NCBI GenBank assembly: GCA_016839555.1 | Contig: JAEOUA010000009.1 | Location: 1 to 64,000, forward strand | Origin: Promethearchaeota archaeon | GTDB taxonomy: Archaea > Asgardarchaeota > Lokiarchaeia > Sigyniarchaeales > SOKP01 | Length of the DNA: 64,000 nt | Direction of reading: 5' to 3' | Shown here: in pieces, positions 10,351 to 20,181 of the stretch | Layout: the number at the start of each line of letters is the position of its first letter | Numbering within the stretch: position 1 is the first letter of the stretch | Made by a program: the position numbers and the translations under genes | Notes under the pieces: generated by a model | Told to the model about the DNA's origin: nothing | What the model saw: the letters and a program-made list of their open reading frames with translations, nothing else | Databases searched by the model: none

Positions 10351-11657
10351 TAAATGTTTTTTGTTCTTTTATCAATCACATGTTGAGCCTTTCCTTCTGT
10401 TCTTGGGAGTGTACCGGGTGCGACTAATTCAACATTTGCTCGCACTTGAAGGATAGTGTATAATCTCTCTTCAATATTATTTTTAAATTTCTCTAATTTT
10501 TTCATTTCATCTGAAAAGGTTTCTTCGGATAATTCCACTTTTACCTCTAAGGAATCAATAATATCTCTATCAACGATGATTTGATAATAACCGGCTACAC
10601 CGGGTATTTGCATTAATGCATGTTCTATTTGTGAGGGAAATACATTAATACCTCTTACGATAAGCATATCATCTGCCCTTCCAGTGACTTTTTTCATTCT
10701 TACATGCATACGACCACATGTACATTTTTCAGGATTTAATATGCTTATGTCATTAGTCACATATCTCAATAAAGGTAAACCTGTCTTTTCTAATGTAGTA
10801 AAAGCCAGAATTCCCTCCTCTCCAGGGCCAACGGGTTCAAGAGTTTCTTGATCTAGCGTTTCTACTATGAAAAAATCCTCCCAAATATGCATTCCATTTT
10901 TCTCTTCACACTCTACTGAGACACCAGGGCCATAAATTTCAGATAATCCATAGATATCATAAGCATCGATTTGTAAGGCATCTTCAATGGTTTTCCTTAA
11001 ATTATCAGACCATGGTTCGGCTCCAAAAATACCTTTTTTTAAACTTAATTTAGATATGTCGATATTATTCTGTTGAGCAAATTCTGCAATAAATAAAGCA
11101 TAACTTGGAGTACAAGTCATTACAGTTGATTTAAAATCTTGCATAATCATCAACTGACGTTCCGTATTTCCACCAGATATAGGGATTACAGATGCACCAA
11201 TCTTCTCAGCTCCATAATGAAATCCTAATCCTCCAGTAAATAAGCCATATCCATATGCATTTTGAATAATATCTTTGTGCGTCACGCCAGGTGCCATGAC
11301 CGTCCGTGCCATTAATTCCGTCCAATCATCAATATCTTTTTTTGTATACGTAACGACCGTTGGTTTTCCTGTTGTACCTGAAGAAGCATGAATTCTTATG
11401 ATTTCATCCATTGGGACGGCATTTAGACCAAAAGGATAATGATCTCTTAAATCATTCTTATAAGTTAAAGGTAATTTAGTGATATCGTCCTTAGAATTAA
11501 TATCATTGGGCTTAATTCCCATTTTGTTTAATTTATTATGATAAAACTCAACATTATCATATACGTATTTAACTAATTTTTTTAATTTCTTTCCTTGCAG
11601 TTCATTCAACTCTTTACGTGGCATAACTTCTGCTTCTTTATTCCAATAATTTACCAT
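10350..11657 (-). CDS. paaK: Phenylacetate--CoA ligase
   Basis: RIHASSGTTGKP, YGYGLFTGGLG, GAEPWS, YGLSEI.GPGV, LRY and RADDMLIVRGINVFPSQIE. Confidence 0.95.
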   Translation of the reverse strand: MVNYWNKEAEVMPRKELNELQGKKLKKLVKYVYDNVEFYHNKLNKMGIKPNDINSKDDITKLPLTYKNDLRDHYPFGLNAVPMDEIIRIHASSGTTGKPTVVTYTKKDIDDWTELMARTVMAPGVTHKDIIQNAYGYGLFTGGLGFHYGAEKIGASVIPISGGNTERQLMIMQDFKSTVMTCTPSYALFIAEFAQQNNIDISKLSLKKGIFGAEPWSDNLRKTIEDALQIDAYDIYGLSEIYGPGVSVECEEKNGMHIWEDFFIVETLDQETLEPVGPGEEGILAFTTLEKTGLPLLRYVTNDISILNPEKCTCGRMHVRMKKVTGRADDMLIVRGINVFPSQIEHALMQIPGVAGYYQIIVDRDIIDSLEVKVELSEETFSDEMKKLEKFKNNIEERLYTILQVRANVELVAPGTLPRTEGKAQHVIDKRTKNI

Positions 11658-11760
11658 AAAAATTTCACCTTGTTATCCTATAGAATTTTAATTATTTTAA
11701 TGATCAATTAAAAGAAATTAGCATACATCAATATTAAAAGTTTTTGAATTTTTTAAAGTT

Positions 11761-12039
11761 TACGGAGGAGGACACGCGCTCTGGTTTGGTAATTTTATGT
11801 CCGCATGGTTAGGGAATCCCTGGGAACTATTACATCCATTTTTGGCTTCTATTCCCTTTTCGATTATCTTATTTATCGTAATCTCGATAATTGATAAAAA
11901 TTGAGCCCCACCCAAGAAATTTCTTGACATAATTTTCACTGTAATGAAAGAGAAAGAGTCCATATTAGAGAAAACGGAATATAAAGGACTCTCTACAGAG
12001 GATACAAAAGGAGAAATAGATAGCTCAAAACTATACTGA
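11761..12039 (+). pseudogene. C-terminal remnant of a membrane transporter (sodium:solute symporter-like) with an internal TGA
   Basis: Reads YGGGHALWFGNFMSAWLGNPWELLHPFLASIPFSIILFIVISIIDKN*APPKKFLDIIF...; the last TM plus PP-x-x-FLD tail resembles SSS C-termini; no full-length N-terminal coding region upstream. Confidence 0.5.
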
Positions 12040-12219
12040 AAATAGCTATTCTAATAAATTATTAAAAATTCTTTTTTTTTTTAATTTTATACTACTTATT
12101 TAGCCGAATTATATAACTATCTCTGATAAAAAATAATGAAACGATATTTTGCAAATCTTTTCTTTTTCTTAAATTGGAAAAAAAATATAGATTAGGTATT
12201 AAAAATAAAAAAAGACAAT

Positions 12220-13572
12220 TTAAGAATTAGATTTTTTATTCATTTGTTTAAGCCACCCTTTATAACCTTCAGGACGATCTCTTAAATCCTTTACTCTAAT
12301 TGCCTTACCTTCTTGTCGTGGTAAGGTTCCTTTTGGAAAGGTATTTACTTCAATCCTTATGAAAGTTGCTTCCCGTAGATTCTTTTCTAATTCTTGTTTT
12401 GCTTTTGCTTGATTTACGCCTTCGCGTATTTCAACGTTTACACTCACTTGATCGTAAACACCCACCGTATGGTATACAATCAAAAAGATATCAGAAAAAT
12501 ACTCCGATAAATTAAATATTTCTTCTTCTATCATAGAAGGATAAATATTAACGCCCTTGATTATCTTCATATCATCTTTTCTACCCTTAATTCGACTGAT
12601 CATATACCCAGTTCTTCCACATGGACATTCACTTTTATATAAACTAGTCATATCACCTGTTCTATATCGAAAGATGGGTAAAGCTTCTTTCCAGAGACTT
12701 GTCAATACAAGTTCTCCTGTTTCACCTTCTCCAAGAACCTCACCTGTTTTAGGATCAATAATTTCTGGATAGAAATGATCAGTCCAAAGATGCATACCAT
12801 CTTGTTCTTGACATTCTACTGATACTCCTGGACCACAAGCTTCTGTTAATCCATAATTATCATGGGCTTTTATACCTAATCGTGCTTCAATTGTATCTCT
12901 AGTCGATTCTGCCCACCCTTCTGCTCCTAAAATAGCATATTTGAGGAATAGGTCTTCTTTTTTAATTTCCTCTTCTTCCATAACTTCCGCTAAACGAAGT
13001 CCGAAGGATGGGATTGCGTGAAATGATGTTACTTTGAATGCTTGAAAAAATTCTAATTGTCTAGCAGTATTTCCTGGACCAAAAGGGATTAGCATTGCAC
13101 CAAGACGGGTGCAGCCTTGAGAATATCCAAATCCTCCAGTAAATAATCCCGCGGAAGTAGTATTTTGAAATACATCATTTTTGGTCATACCAATAGCACC
13201 CAAATTTCTGGCACATAAATATTCCCATGTTTCAAGGTCATTTCTGGTATAAAATCCACAAGTAGGTCGATGTCCGCTGGTTCCGGAAGTAGCATGCATG
13301 CGAATTAGTTCTGCGTGTTCTACACATAAAAGTTTATCGGGAAAACTTTCTAGGAAATCTTTTTTATCCATATAGGGTACTTTTTTAAAATATTCGACTT
13401 TTTTAATATTATCGGGAGATATACCTGCTTTTTGATATCTCTCTTTAAGGAATGGAATATTATCATAGAGTTTTTTTAAAGTCCAACGTCCTTTTTTAAT
13501 GATATTCTCTTCTAACTCGGGCCAAGGGGTTTTTTCGCGTTTTTCATCGAAATAATTGTATTTCGTTTTAAT
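12220..13572 (-). CDS. paaK: Second phenylacetate--CoA ligase family protein; N-terminus extends 67 codons beyond the tracked ORF
   Basis: RMHATSGTSG, GLFTGGFG, YGLTEACGPGV and RYRTGD; in-frame upstream IKTKYNYFDEKREKTPWPEL...LYDNIPFL aligns with the first PaaK N-terminus. Confidence 0.88.
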   Translation of the reverse strand: MKTKYNYFDEKREKTPWPELEENIIKKGRWTLKKLYDNIPFLKERYQKAGISPDNIKKVEYFKKVPYMDKKDFLESFPDKLLCVEHAELIRMHATSGTSGHRPTCGFYTRNDLETWEYLCARNLGAIGMTKNDVFQNTTSAGLFTGGFGYSQGCTRLGAMLIPFGPGNTARQLEFFQAFKVTSFHAIPSFGLRLAEVMEEEEIKKEDLFLKYAILGAEGWAESTRDTIEARLGIKAHDNYGLTEACGPGVSVECQEQDGMHLWTDHFYPEIIDPKTGEVLGEGETGELVLTSLWKEALPIFRYRTGDMTSLYKSECPCGRTGYMISRIKGRKDDMKIIKGVNIYPSMIEEEIFNLSEYFSDIFLIVYHTVGVYDQVSVNVEIREGVNQAKAKQELEKNLREATFIRIEVNTFPKGTLPRQEGKAIRVKDLRDRPEGYKGWLKQMNKKSNS

Positions 13573-13860
13573 TCATCTCATAAATATCTTAAATTATAAT
13601 ATTGTCATAATTGAAACTTTTATAAAAAGTATATTGAAATGAAGGCTTCAATTTTTTTGCTGCGATATATGTCCAATTTTAATTAAAAATCAAGTAACTA
13701 TTTTTAAAATTAGATAATAATAAAAAATTTTAACTTTTTCCAAATAAATAAAGCACTCTTTATTTTATGTGAATCATCTTTTTTAATAAACAGTTCTTTA
13801 TATTAAGCAATAGAATATCCACATAGACTATAAAGTTATGAATTAAAGTGAGGAAATAAA

Positions 13861-14091
13861 TGGAAATGCAAATTTGGACAAGCAATGCTATATAAAAAGC
13901 GATATTATCAAACAGATCGGCCTGATACTAATTTTGCTAGAATTGTTGAATCATTCGGAGGAAGTGGGTATAGAGTTAAAAAATTAAATGAGCTCGATTC
14001 CAAAGTTTATAAGGCTATACACTCTGATGGATTTAATCTAATCGATGTGATTGTAGATCCTTGGGAATTCCTTCCTCCAAATTCTTATTAA
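13861..14091 (+). pseudogene. C-terminal fragment of a TPP-dependent (acetolactate synthase-like) enzyme
   Basis: KFGQAMLY..RY....PDTNFARIVESFGGSGYRV...LIDVIVDP matches the TPP_enzyme_C end; the rest of the gene is absent. Confidence 0.7.
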
Positions 14092-14139
14092 CTTTTTACT
14101 CTTAATTTTTATTAAATTAATTGTATTATTTTTTAGATA

Positions 14140-14904
14140 ATGAATGAGAAGAAATTTTATGAAAGCCATAAGAATTTTGCTTGCAGAACATTATCAGAAT
14201 ATTATTTATCGCCGGGAATAAAATGCAAATTCGATATTTTAATGGATAAAATAGGATCCAAACATATATTTTCTAACGCATTGGATTTAGGATGCTCAGG
14301 TAATTCTTTTCTTTATTTTTTTAATAATTCTCATTTCAAATCATTTTTTGATATTGCTCTTCTCCCATTAAAACAATATAAATCAAGAGAAAAGCCTTGG
14401 CATCCTTTCTGTGGAGATATCAATTATTTACCTTATCGAAATGATTCATTTAATTTTATATCTGCTCTTGATATTTTAGAACATTTAAAAAATGATCAAC
14501 GAGCCATAGCAGAAATCAGTAGAATTTTAAAGAAGAAAGGAATTGCTATAATCACTGTACCTCATCGAAAAAAGTATTATAGCAAACAAGATAAATTAAT
14601 TGGTCATTACCGTCGATATGAAATTAATCAAATTTGCTCACTTTTTAGAAAGTATCATCTCAAATTAGTAAAAATGTTTGGTATATATGGTTCTTTGATG
14701 AAAATTTCTGATTTACAATCAATAAATCCGAAAACTATTGAACACAGATTACAAAGTTTACGAGAACAATATGAAAGTAGTCTCATTTTTAAATTAATAT
14801 GGAATATAATCATTAAAATTACTTCTAATTTAATGAAAATTGATGCCCAATATCATTCAATAAAAAAGGTTATGAATATTGGATTTATATTTCAAAAAAT
14901 TTAG
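14140..14904 (+). CDS. Class I SAM-dependent methyltransferase
   Basis: LDLGCSG, LPY..DSF, LDILEHL and GHYRRY. Confidence 0.85.
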   Translation: MNEKKFYESHKNFACRTLSEYYLSPGIKCKFDILMDKIGSKHIFSNALDLGCSGNSFLYFFNNSHFKSFFDIALLPLKQYKSREKPWHPFCGDINYLPYRNDSFNFISALDILEHLKNDQRAIAEISRILKKKGIAIITVPHRKKYYSKQDKLIGHYRRYEINQICSLFRKYHLKLVKMFGIYGSLMKISDLQSINPKTIEHRLQSLREQYESSLIFKLIWNIIIKITSNLMKIDAQYHSIKKVMNIGFIFQKI

Positions 14905-14952
14905 TTAAAGGAAATTAGATTCTTATATTATGAGATAAATTAAAATTAATTC

Positions 14953-15360
14953 TTAGGAAAATTCTTCCTTCATTCTATTAAATAATTTTTTATACTCTTC
15001 CAAATATGTTTCATCATTAGTCTCTTCTATTTTCTCTACTAATTCAATTGATTTTTTAAGTGCATCTGATCTTCGCTTTATTTTAGTAAGAAAAAATTCT
15101 TTATTGAATTGTGAACGAGAAACCATTAATTGATTTTTCATTTCATTAATTGATTGCTCCATTTTATTTTCCACTTCTATAACTTTGTCAAATAAACCTA
15201 ATTGGAGTTCTCGTTTTCTTTTTTCTAATTTAATACAGTTATCGCATATCGTTTTTTCTTCTCCCGGCTTTCGCATAAAAGGATTTCCACATCTTGAACA
15301 ATTAATTAACTCTAATAATAATTTTTTTTTCTCTGATTCATCATTGTTTTTATTTTCCAT
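14953..15360 (-). CDS. Zinc-ribbon plus coiled-coil hypothetical protein
   Basis: CSRCG...CDNC followed by heptad-rich helices; likely start MENKNNDE. Confidence 0.7.
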   Translation of the reverse strand: MENKNNDESEKKKLLLELINCSRCGNPFMRKPGEEKTICDNCIKLEKRKRELQLGLFDKVIEVENKMEQSINEMKNQLMVSRSQFNKEFFLTKIKRRSDALKKSIELVEKIEETNDETYLEEYKKLFNRMKEEFS

Positions 15361-15494
15361 AGCATCAACTAAAAATCTCAGATTATGATATTTTACTAAT
15401 ATAATTTTACTAATATAATTTTTATTTTTTTTAGGATTCATTTATTTCTAATGATAGATAAACTAAGTTAAGTCATAATAAAGAGAAATTTATC

Positions 15495-16307
15495 ATGTCA
15501 AGACGGATTGAACTATTAAGATTGGATTATCTCTTCAGCGTATTAATCCCTTTATTAGTTCCCATTTACTTAAATAATTTAAATCCTTTTATGCATTTTG
15601 ATATTATTATAGGCTTCTCTTTTTTAGCTATAACGGGAAATACTTGGAACGATTTTTTCGATATGAAGGATCCCCAAGAAATAGATACTCTTGAAAGGGT
15701 TGAAGGATATAGACCTAAAGAAATCTTTACCATTGGATTAGCAAGCTTTTTTTTAGGCTTCACTTTACTCTTAAGAACATGTATTCAAAATTTTCCTATT
15801 AATGCTATTTTTTTACTTGCTATAATTCTAATGGTAATATTATATATCGTTTGGTTAAAACCTATACCTATTATAAATCAAATATTTTTAGCGATTTCTC
15901 ATGTAATTTTACCTTACTTTATGATTAAAATTGATGCAAAAGTATTTAGTATTGATCTTGGTGAATTTATATTTTTATTAGCCTTTTTTTCATTTGCTAT
16001 TATGGGGCAACTGGTTCATGAAGTGATAGATAATGATGCTATAAGACAGCATTTATCTTTAAAGGGATGTCAAATAGTAATTTGGGTATTTTCTATTTTA
16101 ACGCTCATATTATCTATTCTTTCTTTTATACTCTTACTTGAATTCTATTTTATACCCTTTATTTTTGTTCCACTTGGTACGATATATACTTTTAGACGCC
16201 CTAAAACAACTACTAAAGGCGTTAAAGATGTGGGACTTCTTATCGGAAATCTCTTGTTATTATATTTTATTTGTTTAATTGTACTCCAAATGAATGGTAT
16301 AATATAA
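15495..16307 (+). CDS. UbiA-family prenyltransferase
   Basis: Multi-TM; NDFFDMKD Asp-rich motif and second HEVID motif. Confidence 0.8.
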   Translation: MSRRIELLRLDYLFSVLIPLLVPIYLNNLNPFMHFDIIIGFSFLAITGNTWNDFFDMKDPQEIDTLERVEGYRPKEIFTIGLASFFLGFTLLLRTCIQNFPINAIFLLAIILMVILYIVWLKPIPIINQIFLAISHVILPYFMIKIDAKVFSIDLGEFIFLLAFFSFAIMGQLVHEVIDNDAIRQHLSLKGCQIVIWVFSILTLILSILSFILLLEFYFIPFIFVPLGTIYTFRRPKTTTKGVKDVGLLIGNLLLLYFICLIVLQMNGII

Positions 16308-16575
16308 ATTAGGATTTTACAAATAACATCATGCAAAATATTTACCAAATATGAAATTCCTTTTTAATTCATTAAAGAGAAACATGTATACACTTATTAA
16401 AAATATTTATGTTTTCATAGCTCATAAAATTTAATTCAGATAAATCAAAATAAACTATGTTATAAAGATTATAAATAGAGGCTTTTAGGTCAAACTAATA
16501 ATTTATTAGTTTTTTGAATAATTATTTATTATTTATAAAGAATTTATTTATTTCGATAAGTATCTTACAAACTCT

Positions 16576-17871
16576 GTGTTAGCAATTTTTTTAACCTTTT
16601 TAATTTTAATTTTAATTATGGCTATAATATTACTAGTTTTTAGTAGTAGATTAGCTGTTATTAATTCTGCTTCTTTAGCGGCAAGTCTCGGTGTTTCAAG
16701 TCTTATTATAGGGATAACATTAGTTTCAATTGGCACGGATATTTCTGAAATTTTTAATTCAATCATTTCTTGTGCGCTTGGGCATGGGAATATTGATGTC
16801 GGTGATTCAGTAGGGTCAGATCTCACGCAGTTAACATTAATTTTTGGACTTTTACCAATTATGGGTGGAATTTTTCATGTGAAAAGAAATTGTTTCCTTA
16901 TTATTGGTTCTTGTGAGATTCTTTCCTTAATATTGATATTTACAGTAGTGCAAAAGGGTTATTTTACTCGTTTTGATGCCCTCTTAATGATTTCAAGTTT
17001 AGTTTTTTATACATTAATTACTTACCAAGTTACAAAAAAAGATCTGGGCAAACGTGTAGATTTAATGATGGCTAAGGATTTAAAAAAGCCATCCCGAACG
17101 GAATTAAAAACTTTCGATTTAATAATGGAAAAAGATTTAGAAAATCGCCCCCGAACTGAACTAAAACTTCTCGATTTAATAATACAAGATGGAAATCATT
17201 CAGAAAAGCAGGCTGGAACGGAATTACAATTTGTTGATTTAAGCACACAAGATGAAAATTATTCAAAAAATCAAGCTGGAACGGAATTACAGCTGGTCGA
17301 TTTAATAACGCAAGATGCTAATCATTCAAAAAAACAATCCCGAACGGAATTAAAACTTGTTAATTTAAGGATTCAAGATGAAAACAATTCATTGAAACGA
17401 CTTAAAACGAACATACATTACTTAGGTTTGGCGATTCTTGGATTTGCAGGTATAACTCTTAGCTCATATATAATTATTCAATCAATTATCTATTTATCTG
17501 CTCAATTGAATATTAACGAATATATTATTTCCTTTTTTATGGTAAGTATAGGTACTTCATTACCGGAACTGAGTGTTGATGTATCCGCTATAAGGAGAAA
17601 AAATTATAGAATTGCTATGGGTGATCTTATTGGGAGCTGTATTGTAGATTCTACATTATCCATTGGGATTGGGCAATTTTTATTTCCGCAACAAGTTGCA
17701 GCATCGATTGCAGTTCCTACAATTCTTTATACTCTATTTGCTTCTCTTATTGTAATATTAATTGTGGCAAAAAGAGAAGTCATTGATAAGAAGGCGGGAA
17801 TATTATTTATTTTACTCTATCTGCTCTCTTTTCCTTCAATCTTCTTACTTGAGAATATTTTATCTTTCTAA
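16576..17871 (+). CDS. Ca2+:cation (Na+/Ca2+, YrbG-like) antiporter with a repeat-expanded central loop
   Basis: Alpha-1 SIGTDISE, alpha-2 SIGTSLPE and GDLIGS. Confidence 0.88.
   Translation: MLAIFLTFLILILIMAIILLVFSSRLAVINSASLAASLGVSSLIIGITLVSIGTDISEIFNSIISCALGHGNIDVGDSVGSDLTQLTLIFGLLPIMGGIFHVKRNCFLIIGSCEILSLILIFTVVQKGYFTRFDALLMISSLVFYTLITYQVTKKDLGKRVDLMMAKDLKKPSRTELKTFDLIMEKDLENRPRTELKLLDLIIQDGNHSEKQAGTELQFVDLSTQDENYSKNQAGTELQLVDLITQDANHSKKQSRTELKLVNLRIQDENNSLKRLKTNIHYLGLAILGFAGITLSSYIIIQSIIYLSAQLNINEYIISFFMVSIGTSLPELSVDVSAIRRKNYRIAMGDLIGSCIVDSTLSIGIGQFLFPQQVAASIAVPTILYTLFASLIVILIVAKREVIDKKAGILFILLYLLSFPSIFLLENILSF
17095..17403 (+). repeat. Five in-frame tandem coding repeats (57 nt plus 4x63 nt)
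   Basis: Units start at 17095, 17152, 17215, 17278 and 17341 with (C/G)GAAC(G/T)GAA(T/C)TA; protein consensus [RG]TEL[KQ]xxDLxxQDxNxSxKQx. Confidence 0.9.
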
Positions 17872-17934
17872 TAGAAATAATTTGTCATTATAATTGAATT
17901 GTTTATAGATAGAGAGACTTTTTCATATTTTCTA

Positions 17935-18756
17935 TTATATCGTAAAGAATAAAATCACTATAAATGCTAATAATAAATTTCCAACAATTATCCCTATATT
18001 TTTAATTGTTGTTGCCCCATGAGGTAAATTATCTTTAGATCTTGCCATGTATATCACTCCCATGGGAATTAGTAAAAAAGGGGCAAATAATACTAAATGC
18101 TCAATAAATAAGATAATAGATAGAATACTAAAGAGTATTGCTATAAATGATATGATCCATAGAATAGTTTGTTGTTTTCTCGGTGAGAGCCGTGTAATAA
18201 TCTCATTATCAATAATTTCATGAATGAGGTTGCCCGATAATGCAATGAGAGACGCCGAAATAAGGAAAAACCACTCAAATGGCTGGAGAATTGGAAACCA
18301 TCCTATTATATCATAAGCATTTATTTTTATGATAAAATAAGGCAACCAAATATGAGAGATACCTAAAATAATCCAATTAATAATTAATATCGGTTTTAGT
18401 ATCATACAATATGAAATTACAAATATCGCAGCTAATATCAAATATAAAAAAATTATTGGCTGGGCAAGAATAGCTCTAAAGAATAAAGTACAGCCCATAA
18501 CAAAAGAAGAGATCGAAAGAACAGCAATTTCTTTTTTCGAATAACCTTTTATTCTTTCTTGAGTTTCTTTATCATCGGGATTATCCATATCTTTAAAATC
18601 ATTTAACGTGTTTCCTGTAATAGCCCAAAAAGCAAATCCTCCTAGAATCGATATATGAGCCATAATATCATAATGATTTATATAAATCGCAATCAGAAGG
18701 GGCACCAGAACGGTGAAAAGATACTCAAGTCGTAATAATTTAAATCCACTACTCAA
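17935..18756 (-). CDS. UbiA-family prenyltransferase (paralogue of 15495..16307)
   Basis: LLRLEYLF, AITGNTLNDFKDMD, ISHIWLPYF and HEIID are shared with the paralogue. Confidence 0.8.
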   Translation of the reverse strand: MSSGFKLLRLEYLFTVLVPLLIAIYINHYDIMAHISILGGFAFWAITGNTLNDFKDMDNPDDKETQERIKGYSKKEIAVLSISSFVMGCTLFFRAILAQPIIFLYLILAAIFVISYCMILKPILIINWIILGISHIWLPYFIIKINAYDIIGWFPILQPFEWFFLISASLIALSGNLIHEIIDNEIITRLSPRKQQTILWIISFIAILFSILSIILFIEHLVLFAPFLLIPMGVIYMARSKDNLPHGATTIKNIGIIVGNLLLAFIVILFFTI

Positions 18757-18851
18757 AATTATACACGATTTTTATTATTGTTATTAAAAAAATAATTATT
18801 ATTAAATTGATTAAAATTTAAAATATAATATAATAATTAGAGTTTTTTACC

Positions 18852-20129
18852 ATGGAAGAAGAAATTAAACCTATAGATATTAGTTTTTTTGGTCCTTTTG
18901 ATGAAAATGCATGTAACTTATGCGGGGAATGTTTCTATAATTGTCCAGTAATGGATTTATCTATTGAGGAATCTATAGACGAAATGAAACGATTAATTGA
19001 AGGAACTCCAACTAAAACAGTGTTAGATGACTGTCAAAGCTGTTTTACATGCAATTTTTATTGCCCTAAAAACGCTAGACCAGCCAGCTTGATCCTCCAA
19101 AGATGGAATGAACAATATAAAGAAGAGGGATTAAAGAAAAGAGGAAAATATTTTATCACACACTATCCTCAATATCCCAATTTTAGGAGTTATGTGATGG
19201 ATCATCTACCAGAAAAAACTAAGAATTTAGTTGAGAAATGGTCATCGTTAGAGCCTTTAAAAGGGGATACTTTAACCTATCCGGGATGTAATGTTATAAC
19301 GTTTGCAGAATTAACTCAAGCAAGTTTTTTTGAAGGTTTGGATATTCGAGGAAGATTGGAATATTGCTGTGGGGAAACTTTATTTAGAACGGGTTTTAAG
19401 GATAAATTAATTCAAGTAACAAAAAGATTAGATAATTGGTTTAATAGTCTTAAGCCCAAAAATCTTTTAGTGTTATGCACTGCAGGTACGAATATATTTA
19501 AAAATGTGCTACCTCATTATGGATTAACCTACAAATTCCAATCAATAAAATCATACATCCAATATTTATGGGAAAAAATAGAAGCTGGTGAGATTAAGAT
19601 AAAAGAAAAACTTGATTTAAAAGTGACAATCCAAGAATCTTGTTATGCGAAAATGTTTGGAGAGGAGTATATGGATTTACCTCGAAAAATACTAAACGCT
19701 ATAGGAGTGGAAGTCATCGAAAGTAATGCTTGTCGCGAAGATATGCGATGTTGTGGAATCGGTGGGGGTTTTTCCATAGCATCCTCTTATAATCCATTTG
19801 AGATTATGTCTTCTTCATTTAGAAATTTTAAAGATTTTCGGAAAACTGGTGCAGATGCTATCTGTGTATATTGTGCTGGTTGTTTAGCTACTTTATTGAC
19901 TTCTCAAAAATTATATTTAGGAAAAAAAATGAAAATATATCATATAGTAGAACTTTTACAAAAAGCTATGGGTGAAGAACTTTCCCTTACAGTGAAGGCT
20001 AAAAAAGAACGTGCTAAACATTTCTTCTGGGGAATAATGAAAAAACAATTTCCGAAACTTTTATCACGAAAAAAATTTAAGATTGCCGATATTCCAGAAA
20101 AACCGCCTGAATATAAAAAAGCATGGTAG
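18852..20129 (+). CDS. Fe-S oxidoreductase, HdrD/GlpC family (2x[4Fe-4S] plus 2 CCG domains)
   Basis: CNLCGEC...CP, CQSCFTC...CP, YPGC, EYCCG, CCGIGGG and YCAGC. Confidence 0.88.
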   Translation: MEEEIKPIDISFFGPFDENACNLCGECFYNCPVMDLSIEESIDEMKRLIEGTPTKTVLDDCQSCFTCNFYCPKNARPASLILQRWNEQYKEEGLKKRGKYFITHYPQYPNFRSYVMDHLPEKTKNLVEKWSSLEPLKGDTLTYPGCNVITFAELTQASFFEGLDIRGRLEYCCGETLFRTGFKDKLIQVTKRLDNWFNSLKPKNLLVLCTAGTNIFKNVLPHYGLTYKFQSIKSYIQYLWEKIEAGEIKIKEKLDLKVTIQESCYAKMFGEEYMDLPRKILNAIGVEVIESNACREDMRCCGIGGGFSIASSYNPFEIMSSSFRNFKDFRKTGADAICVYCAGCLATLLTSQKLYLGKKMKIYHIVELLQKAMGEELSLTVKAKKERAKHFFWGIMKKQFPKLLSRKKFKIADIPEKPPEYKKAW

Positions 20130-20181
20130 TAATAAGTGAAATTTATTAAAAAATTGTAAAAATAATTTATTAGATTGAATT

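Noticed and set aside
11902-11904. In-frame TGA as a possible selenocysteine
   Set aside because: Not in a Cys/redox motif and the frame is a truncated fragment; a nonsense mutation is more likely
17095-17403. Regularly spaced repeats as a CRISPR array
   Set aside because: Units are in-frame, degenerate at synonymous positions and similar along their whole length; no unique spacers and no cas genes
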